From Synergistaceae bacterium (GTDB lineage: Bacteria > Synergistota > Synergistia > Synergistales > Synergistaceae), in the NCBI GenBank assembly GCA_031270375.1, contig JAISXR010000166.1, positions 6,920 through 70,919 of the forward strand: a DNA stretch of 64,000 nt, given 5' to 3'. The notes beneath the pieces were generated by a model, which saw only the letters and a list, made by a program, of their open reading frames with translations, had not been told where the DNA came from and searched no databases. The translations under genes were made by a program, and so were the position numbers. Within the stretch, counting starts at the first letter, position 1; every line of letters starts with the position of its first letter. This document shows, piece after piece, positions 17,649 through 27,679 of this stretch.

Positions 17649-18461
17649 ATGGAAAACTGGGGCTATGTTCATGAGAATTTAAAATCCATGCTCGCGATCC
17701 TGGGTGAGGCCGAAAGCGCACGATACATTGCGCACACGGGCACGGCCGCCTTTTACGACAGCGGCGTCGACGACGCGCACGAAAATTACGCGCTGCCGGA
17801 TCAGGTAAACGCAGCGCGAGGCGCGGACGCGCGTTCCGATTTCGCCGAAACTCTCGACTTCGCCGTGAAACTGGGCCGGAAATTTTTCGGCGTCACCGGA
17901 TGTCCGCACATATGGCCGTTTTTTTTCGAGATATCCGGCGCGTGTCAAAAAATTCTCGAATCGAACGGTCTTGCGCGGGAGGACGACTTCACGGCCATGT
18001 GGGCTGATTTAAACGTATCGGAGACTTGCGCGATGAGTGACGACAGGGTGAGGCCCGTTCAAGCCAACGATGTGCGCGGGTGGGCCGACGACGTCTGGCG
18101 CGGCTTCGATTCGGGCGAGGACGCGTCGGAATCTTTCATCGCGAAGGCGCGTTATTTCGCCTCGCGCGGCGAATTCCTCCCCGTGGGAATAAAAGGGGCG
18201 TCCACCGGCCTGTTGTTCGCGGGCGGCGAAACGGCCGGAATCTACTACATTTCCACCAGACCGGAATTCAGGGGACAGGGACTCGGCGGAGCAGTGGTCG
18301 ATTACCTCAAGCGCGCCGCACGCGAAAGCGGATTCCGTTACGTAACGCTGCTCGCCACACCGTCCGGCCGCCGTCTGTATGAACGGCACGGTTTCATCGC
18401 ACTCGGAACGGTCAGCATTTTCAGCGGCAAGTTCGAGGACGCGCGAATAGAGGAACCGTAG
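17649..18461 (+). CDS. GNAT family N-acetyltransferase
   Basis: It has the acetyl-CoA motif RGQGLGGAVVDYLKRAARESGFRYVTLLATPSGRRLYERHGF. The start was trimmed to the ATG at 17649, which is preceded by a TATAAT box. Confidence 0.7.
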   Translation: MENWGYVHENLKSMLAILGEAESARYIAHTGTAAFYDSGVDDAHENYALPDQVNAARGADARSDFAETLDFAVKLGRKFFGVTGCPHIWPFFFEISGACQKILESNGLAREDDFTAMWADLNVSETCAMSDDRVRPVQANDVRGWADDVWRGFDSGEDASESFIAKARYFASRGEFLPVGIKGASTGLLFAGGETAGIYYISTRPEFRGQGLGGAVVDYLKRAARESGFRYVTLLATPSGRRLYERHGFIALGTVSIFSGKFEDARIEEP

Positions 18462-18801
18462 CGTCCTTCGCCTCCGCTGAACGCCTTGCGGTCATATGCC
18501 GTGACGTGAAAGCCGATATCGCGTTTTACAATGTGAAACGCGGTTCTTTCCACCTCAACAACAAGGTGTGGTGCTTTACTGATTGCGTCAAATATCAGAT
18601 TGTGAAAAAATTGTACGAACAGATAACAGGTACTCATGCCGCCGGTCTCGCTTCGCTTGAATTTCTGTATTTATATTTTGAAAAAATCTGCTTCAGAGAC
18701 TCTATTCAAAACAATAGAAGTTAATTATGTTTACAAACTGTCATGTATGAAACTTCAAAGACATTTTCAAAATAAAATAGAAAATTTTCTCTTGAAAAGA
18801 C

Positions 18802-18845
18802 GCAAGAGAAGTGGTAAAGTGCGAGCGGTGGGAGATAAAAAAGCC
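18802..18845 (+). promoter_or_regulatory. Candidate mraZ/dcw promoter with overlapping GTG(G/C) direct repeats (possible MraZ operator)
   Basis: TTGAAA and TAAAGT are separated by 17 nt. GTGG, GTGC and GTGGG repeats lie at about 18821, 18829 and 18838. Confidence 0.35.
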
Positions 18846-18885
18846 GATATGTCAGGAAGTGTCATGAAATGGAGCGAAGTATCGG

Positions 18886-19320
18886 ATGAGTTTCAACGGG
18901 AGCTTCGAACATAAGCTCGACTCAAAGGGCAGGATCGTCGTTCCCTCGTGCTTTCGCGATGAACTTGGCGAGCATATCGTGATCACATCAATGGACCAGG
19001 AATACATATCGGTGTATTCGAAAGAAAACTGGCAGAAGGCGGTAGTCAGCAGGGTCGAGGAAAATGCTTTGAAGACTTTGAACGGTGCGGACGCGAAGCG
19101 TATCATTATGTCCCTTTCATTCTCCGTTGAGGTCGATTCGGCAGGGAGAATGCTCCTGCCGGAAAAAATGCGCAAAGACGTTAGTATTGTACAGGATGTC
19201 GTTATCGTAGGCAACACCAACAAGATAGAGGTGTGGGATTCCGCGCGCTGGCATAAGTACATTGCCGAAAAGGAGTCACTGCTGCTCGCGGAAGTACATC
19301 AATTACTCCTGGGATTGTAG
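18886..19320 (+). CDS. mraZ: Transcriptional regulator MraZ
   Basis: It contains two SpoVT/AbrB-like repeats, each with a DSKGR/DSAGR motif, and it is the first gene of the dcw cluster. Confidence 0.9.
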   Translation: MSFNGSFEHKLDSKGRIVVPSCFRDELGEHIVITSMDQEYISVYSKENWQKAVVSRVEENALKTLNGADAKRIIMSLSFSVEVDSAGRMLLPEKMRKDVSIVQDVVIVGNTNKIEVWDSARWHKYIAEKESLLLAEVHQLLLGL

Positions 19321-19321
19321 T

Positions 19322-20242
19322 ATGGAAGCACACGTGCCTGTAATGCTTCGGGAAATTCTCGATATTTTAGAATATGTCGTCCCTTCCGGGAAGGATGTGT
19401 TTTTTGTAGACGCGACCCTGGGATGGGGAGGACATTCGAAGGCGATCTTTGAAAAATTTCCAAATATCCGAATCGTCGGCATGGACAGGGACGAAACGGC
19501 TTTAGCGGCGGCGGCGGAGAGACTGTCGGAGTACGGAACGCGATTTACGGCGGTGCACGCGAAATTTGGCGAACTCGGAGCGCGCGCCGCCGCTTTGAGG
19601 GAAGAGCATGGCGGATACGCCATAGGGGTTTTGTTCGATTATGGCGTCTCGAATATGCAATTGTCGAGTCCGGAGCGTGGTTTCTCGTTTCAGGAAGATG
19701 GCCCGCTCGACATGAGGATGTCCCCGGGCGATGATATCCCGACAGCGGCGGATATCATCAGGGAATCAGGCACGGCCGAACTTGCGGGTATTTTTCGCGT
19801 TTTCGGCGAGGAAAGAAACGCTTTGCGTATCGCGAGAGGCATCATGCGCGCCAAAGAAGCCGGAGAAACGCCGGATACCACCATGAAATTGGTCGCCGTG
19901 ATAAGGCGGTCGCTTCCGGCGGCGATTCAAAGACATATGGGAAGCAACCCGGCCCGCAAGGTTTTTCAGGCACTGCGGATAGCGGTGAACTCAGAGCTGG
20001 AGGAGATACCGAAAGGACTCGAAGGCGCTTTGGAGCTGACCGGGGATGGGGGGGGCATAATCGCTGTTTCGTACCATTCACTCGAAGACCGTTTGGTCAA
20101 GAGAACATTCCGGAGTTGGGCGGACGAGGGGTGGGGTGTCGTCCGGACGAAACGCCCGATGGTTCCGTCGGAAGAAGAGACGAAGGCTAACAGAAAAGCG
20201 CGCAGCGCTAAGATGAGGGCTTTCGCGATTAACAAACAATAA
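19322..20242 (+). CDS. rsmH: 16S rRNA (cytosine1402-N4)-methyltransferase
   Basis: The motifs HVPVML.E, DATLGWGGHS and AVSYHSLEDR are present. The start was trimmed to the ATG at 19322. Confidence 0.9.
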   Translation: MEAHVPVMLREILDILEYVVPSGKDVFFVDATLGWGGHSKAIFEKFPNIRIVGMDRDETALAAAAERLSEYGTRFTAVHAKFGELGARAAALREEHGGYAIGVLFDYGVSNMQLSSPERGFSFQEDGPLDMRMSPGDDIPTAADIIRESGTAELAGIFRVFGEERNALRIARGIMRAKEAGETPDTTMKLVAVIRRSLPAAIQRHMGSNPARKVFQALRIAVNSELEEIPKGLEGALELTGDGGGIIAVSYHSLEDRLVKRTFRSWADEGWGVVRTKRPMVPSEEETKANRKARSAKMRAFAINKQ

Positions 20243-20294
20243 GGAAATGACCTTTTAAAAAAGGCAGCATCTACACATGGAGGTGTAAAGCTCA

Positions 20295-20702
20295 ATGAAA
20301 TCATGTGTCCCAAATCACACAAAAAACAGCGGGCATTTGTTTTTTGGCGTCTTGTTTCTGGTGGGTGTAGTGATTTCAACTTTGCTTCTCGGCAGCATAC
20401 GCATCTATGGTTTTATTCTCGAACACAGGCTGGCGGAATGTGCGATGAAAATCATGGCGGAGGAAGACAAATACGCCATGCTCGAGGAAACGCACGCCGC
20501 GCTTTTATCACCGTCGAGAATATACAACTACGCGAGATCAGAACTCAACATGGTCGCCGCGGACAAAACGGAGACGATCAAACTGTTCTCGGATTCGTAC
20601 GATCCAAAAAGCGCCAGTTACGCCGCCCGGGGCGAAAATAGCGTGTCTCGGCCGGACGGGTTGAGCCGGGTATTTGTGGGTGCCGCAAATGCAAAAGAAT
20701 AG
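20295..20702 (+). CDS. ftsL: FtsL-like cell division protein
   Basis: It has a single N-terminal transmembrane helix followed by a coiled-coil region. It sits between rsmH and ftsI. Confidence 0.5.
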   Translation: MKSCVPNHTKNSGHLFFGVLFLVGVVISTLLLGSIRIYGFILEHRLAECAMKIMAEEDKYAMLEETHAALLSPSRIYNYARSELNMVAADKTETIKLFSDSYDPKSASYAARGENSVSRPDGLSRVFVGAANAKE

Positions 20703-22395
20703 TCCTCGGCTGCCGAAAAATTCCTGGAGTTCCGGCACAGCGTGGTTTTTGTGCTTCGTTTTGATAGGATGCCTCGCCGTCAGGACGGTATTTGTGCATG
20801 TATTTCCGGACGAGAGGATCAAAGAGCAGTCTCAGAACCAATATTGGGTTTATGTCCCAGTTGCCGCGTCACGGGGGGACATCAGAGATAGAAACGGTCA
20901 GGTGCTGGCACTTTCGGTGTCCTCGACCAGCTTTTCCATTGATCCCGATTATTGGTCGGCGGAGAGCGCAGACGCCCTGGCGCCTTTTTTCGGGCGCGAC
21001 ATTTCCAATAAGTTCAGGACGAAACTATCCGGCAAATTCCATTGGGTCAAGAGGAACGTGCCGAGGGACATAGCGAAACAGGTCGTCGATCAGAAAATTC
21101 CGGGATTATCCGCGGTCAGAGAAAGTCATCGGATATATCCGCACAGCGAACTCGCGTCACACGTGATAGGTTTTTGCGACATCGACAATTACGGGTTGTC
21201 GGGTATAGAGCGCGAGTGGCACAACGCGCTGTTTTCAAAGTCGCAAAACAGGTTTTTCGTCCGGGACGCGAGATACAATTTGCACGATCTTATAGGCAGC
21301 AATTCCGGCATGTTGGACACCGGCGCAGGGTCTGTAAAACTGACGCTCGACTCGAGAATACAGCAGATTGTGGAGCGGGAACTGGGGAACGGCGCGAAAA
21401 AATACGACGCCAAATGGGGCGCCGGCGTGTGCGTAAATCCGCAGACCGGGGAGATATACGCCATGGCGAGTTACCCGTCGGTTGACCTGAACAACAGGGA
21501 AAGTTTCAACAACTCGGAAAAACTCAGGAATAACGTCACGGGAAGGGTATACGAACCGGGTTCCACATTCAAACCCATAATACTGGGTATCGCCAAGGAA
21601 ATGGGCGTGGTTTCGGACAACTTCTATTTTAAATGTACGAAGAAGATCAGGGTGGCCGACAAAGATATCAATGACGTCGCGGCACACGGAAACGTCACGC
21701 TCGAAGGACTTTTGATAAAGTCGTGCAACACGGGCATGGCCTTCATAGGCAACAATAAAAAAATGACATCGCACGCTGCCTGGGGGATGTTGAAGCAGTT
21801 CGGGTTCGGCATCAAATCCGGCGTGGAGCTGTCCGGAGAGGAAGAAGGCCTGCTTCGGAATCCGGATGAGTGGCACGGTGTGACCAAAGCCAACATCGCC
21901 ATAGGTCAGGGGCTTGCGGTCACTCCGCTGCAACTGGCGATAGGGATAAGCGCCATAGCCAACGGCGGGGAGACTCTCAAACCGTACATAGTGGAAGAGG
22001 TAAAAAATTCGAATGGCGAAATCATTCATCAAGGCCAGAGGCGGGTCCGCAATTCTGTGCTGAACGCCAAGACGGCCGAATGGTTGAGGCGGGCGCTGTA
22101 TAAAACCGTCGAGGAAGGCACCGGCAAGGCAGCGGGTATAAAAGGCATCCCCATCGCCGGTAAAACCGGCACAGCACAAATAGCGGCGTCAGGCACCTAC
22201 GCAAAGGGCCGATATGCCAGTTCTTTCGTCGGTTTCTGGCCTTACGAAAAACCTGAATATCTTCTTCTCATAGTGATTGGGGAGCCACAGGGGAAGTACT
22301 ACGGCAGTGAGATAGCGGCTCCGGTTTTCAAAGCCGTGGTCGAGGATATGGCTAAATTGGCGCTTTTTGCGAAAAACATTTCTGAGACGAAATGA
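20674..22395 (+). CDS. ftsI: Peptidoglycan D,D-transpeptidase FtsI (class B PBP)
   Basis: It has a PBP dimer domain plus transpeptidase motifs STFK, SCN and KTGT. An alternative ATG start lies at 20689. Confidence 0.85.
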   Translation: MWVPQMQKNSPRLPKNSWSSGTAWFLCFVLIGCLAVRTVFVHVFPDERIKEQSQNQYWVYVPVAASRGDIRDRNGQVLALSVSSTSFSIDPDYWSAESADALAPFFGRDISNKFRTKLSGKFHWVKRNVPRDIAKQVVDQKIPGLSAVRESHRIYPHSELASHVIGFCDIDNYGLSGIEREWHNALFSKSQNRFFVRDARYNLHDLIGSNSGMLDTGAGSVKLTLDSRIQQIVERELGNGAKKYDAKWGAGVCVNPQTGEIYAMASYPSVDLNNRESFNNSEKLRNNVTGRVYEPGSTFKPIILGIAKEMGVVSDNFYFKCTKKIRVADKDINDVAAHGNVTLEGLLIKSCNTGMAFIGNNKKMTSHAAWGMLKQFGFGIKSGVELSGEEEGLLRNPDEWHGVTKANIAIGQGLAVTPLQLAIGISAIANGGETLKPYIVEEVKNSNGEIIHQGQRRVRNSVLNAKTAEWLRRALYKTVEEGTGKAAGIKGIPIAGKTGTAQIAASGTYAKGRYASSFVGFWPYEKPEYLLLIVIGEPQGKYYGSEIAAPVFKAVVEDMAKLALFAKNISETK

Positions 22396-22422
22396 AAATT
22401 ACAGGAAAGAAGGTCCTGCCGA

Positions 22423-23937
22423 ATGAAAGTCCGCGAACTTTTTGACAAATTGCCGCGTTCCGATAAAAAGCTCGTCAACGGGCGGGCCGATTGCGAAATC
22501 ACCCGTGTCGAATATGATTCGCGCCGCGTCTCGGAGAAGAGCGGAATCATCTTCGCGTGCGTGAAAGGTGATAATGCCGACGGGCATGACTACGCGGCGC
22601 AGGCTGTATCGCGCGGAGCGGCAGCCATACTTTGCGAGCGCGAGATGTCAATAGACGTTCCCCAGATAATCACGTCCCGAACGAGGGCCGCCATGAGTGA
22701 AGCGGCGTCCGTCCTTTACGGAAATCCCTCCGAAAAACTGACGATGACAGGTGTCACCGGCACAAACGGAAAGACAACAACCGCATATATCACGAGATCC
22801 ATAATCCGTGCTTCCGGGGCACGCGCCGGTATGATCGGAACGATCGTCTACGATAACGCCGCCGGTGAAATTTTCGCGGAACATACCACGCCGGAAGGCC
22901 CCGATATACAGAGACTGTTGTCCGAAATGACCGAAAACGGCGCTTCGCATTGTGTCATGGAGGCTTCTTCGCACGGGCTCGACCAGGGGCGTCTGGAGGG
23001 ATGCGGATTCGACGCGGCGGGGTTCAGCAATTTGACCCCCGAGCACCTTGAATATCACGATGACATGGAAAGCTATTTCATGGCGAAAAGGCGTCTTTTT
23101 TCGTATTACGCAAGAGGCTCATGGAAAGGCGCCGTCAACGCGGACGACGCCTTTGGCGCTCGACTGCTGGCGGAATTTAGCGAAAACACGATGCCATTTT
23201 CCGCGGACTGCCAAGCAGGAGCATACGGCGGCCTCGCGTACAGAGTCCGCATATTGCGGGAAGAAGTCGAAGGCATGACGGTTTCGGTGACCTATCCCGA
23301 CGGAAGCTCCTTCGTGGCGGATTCCCCGCTGGTTGGCAGTTATAACGCGTCGAATATCCTGGAAAGCGCGGTTTTGGGGGATGTGCTGGGATTCGACAGG
23401 GACATCGTGAAGAATGGTATAGAAAACTGTCCGCAGGTTCCTGGCCGTCTCGAAAGATACTCGATGGCGAACGGTGTCACGGTCTTTGTGGATTTCGCGC
23501 ACAGCGCGGACGGAATGGAGCAGGCGCTTTCGACGCTTAAGGGCCTCGCTCCCGGCCCCGTGAGGGTACTGTGGGGAGCCGGCGGTGACAGGACGCCGTT
23601 CAAGCGTCCAATAGTGGGGGAGATAATGGCACGGTTGGCAGACCACGTGGTGATCTCGACGGATAACCCGAGGAGCGAGAATCCCGCCGATATCGCGCGC
23701 GGCGTCGAAGAAGGCGTCGGGCGATGCGTGCGGCGGGTGAAGTGCGACACCATTCTGGACAGGGGTGAGGCGATAGATTTTATCCTGAATTCGGCCCAGG
23801 ACGGCGATGTCGTCCTCATAGCGGGCAAAGGCCCAGAACGTTTTATTGATCACGGGACGTACAGGGAGCCTTTCGTCGACGGAGATCACGTTCTGGAATG
23901 GGCGCGTTCGCATAAGTCGGAGGTGGAAGTCCGATGA
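22423..23937 (+). CDS. murE: UDP-N-acetylmuramoyl-L-alanyl-D-glutamate--2,6-diaminopimelate ligase
   Basis: It has the Mur ligase P-loop GVTGTNGKTTT and the DNPR motif typical of DAP-adding MurE. Confidence 0.9.
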   Translation: MKVRELFDKLPRSDKKLVNGRADCEITRVEYDSRRVSEKSGIIFACVKGDNADGHDYAAQAVSRGAAAILCEREMSIDVPQIITSRTRAAMSEAASVLYGNPSEKLTMTGVTGTNGKTTTAYITRSIIRASGARAGMIGTIVYDNAAGEIFAEHTTPEGPDIQRLLSEMTENGASHCVMEASSHGLDQGRLEGCGFDAAGFSNLTPEHLEYHDDMESYFMAKRRLFSYYARGSWKGAVNADDAFGARLLAEFSENTMPFSADCQAGAYGGLAYRVRILREEVEGMTVSVTYPDGSSFVADSPLVGSYNASNILESAVLGDVLGFDRDIVKNGIENCPQVPGRLERYSMANGVTVFVDFAHSADGMEQALSTLKGLAPGPVRVLWGAGGDRTPFKRPIVGEIMARLADHVVISTDNPRSENPADIARGVEEGVGRCVRRVKCDTILDRGEAIDFILNSAQDGDVVLIAGKGPERFIDHGTYREPFVDGDHVLEWARSHKSEVEVR

Positions 23938-25376
23938 AGCGCGGCAGGGAATTCTTCACGCTGAGGGAAGCCGCCGAGACGCACGGTTTCGGATATTATC
24001 CCGAGAAATTGGCCGATACGAGAATTCCGCAAATTTTCAGGGCGGATAGCAGGGTCGTCGAACGCGGCGGAGGGTTTATAGCGATAAAGGGAGCGATGGA
24101 GGACGGACACGACTACATAGCGCAGGCGGTAAAAAACGGGGCCGTCTGCGTGATTTGCGAGAAGTCGTTTTTCGAGAGCCATAAAGACGAGTTGTCCGCC
24201 CAGGAGACGGCGTTCATTTTGACGGACGTCGTCGGCGAATCCGTCGTAAAACTGGCGAAGACATGGTTCAACATGGTATCTCCGAAGGTCGCCGGCATAA
24301 CCGGCAGCGTGGGGAAGACCACGACGAGGGAATTTCTGCACACCGCTCTTCGCGGAACGTACAGGACACACGCCGCCGTAAAGAGCTACAACACGCTCTT
24401 GGGCGTCTCGATGACGGTACTCGCCATGCCGGGCGACATCGAAATTTTGATACTCGAACTCGGGACGAATCATCCAGGCGAGATACGGGAGATAGTGAAC
24501 CACTTTCCGGTTACGTACGGGATAATCACCGAAGTTTCCGAGGCACATCTGGAAGGTTTGGGGAATATCGAAGGCGTGCTTGCCGCTAAAATGGAGCTTA
24601 TCGAATCGCGAAAACTGGAGTTTTTGTCTTATAATTCCGATAACGACTTATTATTTTCCGCCGTGGCGCGTATGTCGCAAGGCGAGAAGATGAAAAAGGG
24701 CGGTGTAGCGCAGGTCGGCGTCGGATACTCCAATTCGGGCGTGCGTATATCGGATGTCAGGCAGACGATTGGGCCAGATTTTGTCCCCGCTCTTTACGTC
24801 ACGCTCTCGATGAAGGAACGGAAAACGTCGTGCCGTTCTCCGATATTTGGAAAACAGCACGCGAAAAACATAGCTTTCGCCTATTCCGTCTCGGTCCAGG
24901 CAGGGCTCGACGACAGATCTTTCGAGCGTGCCGCGGAGCGCTTCGAACTTTCTCCCGGAAGGGGACTCATATTCCCGGGGAAAAACGGAGTCGCGATCAT
25001 CGACGAAACTTACAACGCCAGCCCCGCGTCGCTGTCCTATGCCGTCAAAAACCTGCTCGAGATGGAGTTGCCCGATGACTTCGCGCGGATTGCTATACTG
25101 GGTGGAATGAGAGAGCTGGGACACGAGTCGCCGCGTCTGCATGAGATCGTCTTGAGCAGGGTGGCGTTGCTCGACGGCGTCTATCTCATAGGATCCGAAT
25201 GGGGCGCGGCTTTACCGAAGGGCGAGGTGGTCCGCGGGATATGGCCGGATGTCGGCCGTTTCATATCCGAGTTCGATTTCGAATCGGTCAAAAATTCGGT
25301 GTTTTTGCTGAAAGGGTCGCGTTTTTACGGCCTCGAACGGTTGCTGCCGCTTTTCACGGGAGAAATTGGTGAATGA
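23934..25376 (+). CDS. murF: UDP-N-acetylmuramoyl-tripeptide--D-alanyl-D-alanine ligase
   Basis: It has the P-loop GITGSVGKTTT, the DETYNASP motif and the expected dcw position. Confidence 0.9.
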   Translation: MKRGREFFTLREAAETHGFGYYPEKLADTRIPQIFRADSRVVERGGGFIAIKGAMEDGHDYIAQAVKNGAVCVICEKSFFESHKDELSAQETAFILTDVVGESVVKLAKTWFNMVSPKVAGITGSVGKTTTREFLHTALRGTYRTHAAVKSYNTLLGVSMTVLAMPGDIEILILELGTNHPGEIREIVNHFPVTYGIITEVSEAHLEGLGNIEGVLAAKMELIESRKLEFLSYNSDNDLLFSAVARMSQGEKMKKGGVAQVGVGYSNSGVRISDVRQTIGPDFVPALYVTLSMKERKTSCRSPIFGKQHAKNIAFAYSVSVQAGLDDRSFERAAERFELSPGRGLIFPGKNGVAIIDETYNASPASLSYAVKNLLEMELPDDFARIAILGGMRELGHESPRLHEIVLSRVALLDGVYLIGSEWGAALPKGEVVRGIWPDVGRFISEFDFESVKNSVFLLKGSRFYGLERLLPLFTGEIGE

Positions 25377-26346
25377 TATGAAGATAAAAATGCTGTGTCT
25401 CGGCCTGATTTTTTTTGCGGGCGCCGTATTTCTGGAGAGCCTGTGGATATCGCTGATGAGAAATTTCGGCATGGGCGAGACCATCAAAGAGTACGGACCG
25501 CGCGATCACAAAAAAAAGAAAGGCACGCCCGGCTTCGGCGGAATAGTGGCTTTTATGCTGTCGCCGATAGCCGCCATCGCGATATACCATGCCGGGTTGG
25601 GAGGAAGACGCGACGTTTTTGCGATATGGGTCTTCCCGTTGCTGGCAGGGCTCGTTGGCCTCGTCGACGACCTGCTGAAAGCGTACCGTTCTTCCAGCGA
25701 GGGACTCAGAAGTTTGCAAAAACTGTTTTTACAAATAGCCGTTTGCTCCCTGTGGGTATATTTCGTCTCACTCGACGGTATATTTCTCATCCCAGGTTTG
25801 GTCCTGCCGGTCAAAGCCGCCGCTCCGGCGCTGGTTTTTCTATCGGTCGCCGCATTGAACGCCGTCAACGTCACGGACGGCCTCGACGGGCTTGCCGGAA
25901 GCGCGGTCACCGTATCGCTGATCTCCGTTTTCCTGTGGACGGACAAAATGCCGGTGCTCGCTTCGGCGGCATTGGGGCTAGCCATGACGGTGGCTTTCCT
26001 GTGGCACAACTCAAATCCGGCGCTCGTGTTCATGGGAGACGTCGGGTCACATCTTTGGGGCGCTTTGCTGGTGAGCCTCTGTGTCGGCGCGAGGTCTCTC
26101 CTGTTCTTGCTGCCAGTGGGCTTTATATTCGGAATAGAACTCGCCACATCGGCGATACAGATTTTCACCATAAGGGCTTTGGGCAAACGGGTTTTCAGGA
26201 TGAGCCCTCTCCATCACCATTTTGAAATCGTCGGCATGAAGGAACCGCAAATAGTCGCCCGTTTCGTCATCGCTCACGCGGCCGGGATCGCAGTGATATT
26301 GATTTTCATGGAAACGCTTCTCGAAGGAGGGTTTCTCCGTGACTGA
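25366..26346 (+). CDS. mraY: Phospho-N-acetylmuramoyl-pentapeptide transferase
   Basis: It is a polytopic protein with NAVN.TDGLDGLA and PLHHHFE motifs. Confidence 0.9.
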   Translation: MVNDMKIKMLCLGLIFFAGAVFLESLWISLMRNFGMGETIKEYGPRDHKKKKGTPGFGGIVAFMLSPIAAIAIYHAGLGGRRDVFAIWVFPLLAGLVGLVDDLLKAYRSSSEGLRSLQKLFLQIAVCSLWVYFVSLDGIFLIPGLVLPVKAAAPALVFLSVAALNAVNVTDGLDGLAGSAVTVSLISVFLWTDKMPVLASAALGLAMTVAFLWHNSNPALVFMGDVGSHLWGALLVSLCVGARSLLFLLPVGFIFGIELATSAIQIFTIRALGKRVFRMSPLHHHFEIVGMKEPQIVARFVIAHAAGIAVILIFMETLLEGGFLRD

Positions 26347-27679
26347 GAGAGATTTGAAGGGAAAAAGGCTGACGATTCTCGGCGCCGGCGCGAGTGGAAC
26401 CGCGATCGCGCGCATGGCGGTTCGCATGGGCGCCGAGGTTTTCGTATCCGACGCGGCGAAAATTGCCGCGGGAACCGCCCTTTCTCTCAAATCCGCAGGG
26501 ATACGGTACGAAGAAGAAGGCCATACCGAAAAAATATTCGACTGCGATAAGGTCATAGTCGGTTCCGGGTTTCCGCCGAACGCACCGGTAGTGGTGAAAC
26601 TCGCGTCGAGAGGAATAACTCCCGTTGGTGAGCTGGATTTCGTCATGCCGTTCATGAAGGGGCGCGTCATCGGCATTACCGGCAGCAACGGCAAAACCAC
26701 GACCACTTCACTTCTCGGGCATCTTTTGAAGTCGGAGGGCACAAACTGCGAGGTCGCCGGAAATATAGGAAACCCGGCCGCGGATATCGCCGGAAACGAG
26801 GCCGATTATACCGTTCTCGAACTCAGCAGTTTTCAGCTGCATTGGGCAAAGGACGTGAAATTTGCCGGCGCGATTGTCACGAATCTCGCTCCCGACCACA
26901 TAGATTGGCACGGTTCGTACGAAAATTACGTACGCGCCAAAGCTAAGCTCGTCGGTTTCGTCGAACATGGAGGCTTTGCGATAGTCCAGAAACGGGACCG
27001 GGAAATATTCGAAACCGGCGGAGCCTCGATGAGGTATTTGACGTGGGATTCACCACATGAGGAAGACGACATATTCCTCTCTCTTGTGAAAGCGTTCGCC
27101 GTCATGAACGGAAAAGAGCTGTTCCGTTTTGGGGAGACCAGCCTGCTTGGAACGCATAACATGGAGAATATCGCGATGGCGATCGGCATGGTGGATATGC
27201 TCGGACTGGGCGAGGCCGCGCGCGCGTCACTCCCGTCCTATACCGCTCCCGCGCACAGATGCAGCCTCGTGCTGGAGAAAAATGGAGTCCGTTACATCGA
27301 CGACTCGAAGGGCACCAATATAGCGGCGTCCGTGACGGCTATGTCGGCGATAAAGGGACCGCACATAGTCATCCTGGGGGGAAGAGGCAAAGGGGAAAAT
27401 TACGGCGGTCTCACCGAACCGTTGAAAAAATACGCCAAATATGCCTATCTCATAGGCGAAGCCGCCGAGGAAATCGGAACATCTCTTTCCGCCGACGGTT
27501 TCGTCGATTTCAGCATGGCGGGGGATATGGAAAACGCGGTCAAAGAAGCGGTTTCCTCGGCGCGTTCGGGGGATTCGGTACTTCTTTCCCCGGCTTGCGC
27601 CAGTTGGGATGCTTACAAAAACTACCGCGAACGCGGAGACCATTTCGCGTCGCTGGTGCGAAAGTACACCGGAGTATGA
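26339..27679 (+). CDS. murD: UDP-N-acetylmuramoylalanine--D-glutamate ligase
   Basis: It has an N-terminal Rossmann fold (GAGASG), the P-loop GITGSNGKTTT and the expected dcw position. Confidence 0.9.
   Translation: MTERDLKGKRLTILGAGASGTAIARMAVRMGAEVFVSDAAKIAAGTALSLKSAGIRYEEEGHTEKIFDCDKVIVGSGFPPNAPVVVKLASRGITPVGELDFVMPFMKGRVIGITGSNGKTTTTSLLGHLLKSEGTNCEVAGNIGNPAADIAGNEADYTVLELSSFQLHWAKDVKFAGAIVTNLAPDHIDWHGSYENYVRAKAKLVGFVEHGGFAIVQKRDREIFETGGASMRYLTWDSPHEEDDIFLSLVKAFAVMNGKELFRFGETSLLGTHNMENIAMAIGMVDMLGLGEAARASLPSYTAPAHRCSLVLEKNGVRYIDDSKGTNIAASVTAMSAIKGPHIVILGGRGKGENYGGLTEPLKKYAKYAYLIGEAAEEIGTSLSADGFVDFSMAGDMENAVKEAVSSARSGDSVLLSPACASWDAYKNYRERGDHFASLVRKYTGV

Noticed and set aside
18338-18637. 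A 99-aa minus-strand ORF in the AT-rich spacer, briefly considered an IS200/RAYT-like transposase remnant because of a GFHVT..R-like stretch
   Set aside because: Half of it is antisense to the GNAT 3-prime end. The resemblance rests on a few residues only, and there is no ribosome-binding site.
27259-27675. Upstream extensions of tracked ORFs for ftsW (27259), murC (29812), ftsZ (34354), rapZ (40068), lemA (9311) and moaA (38008)
   Set aside because: Each extension overlaps the preceding gene or leader in another frame and lacks family similarity. Internal ATGs with ribosome-binding sites match the conserved N-termini.
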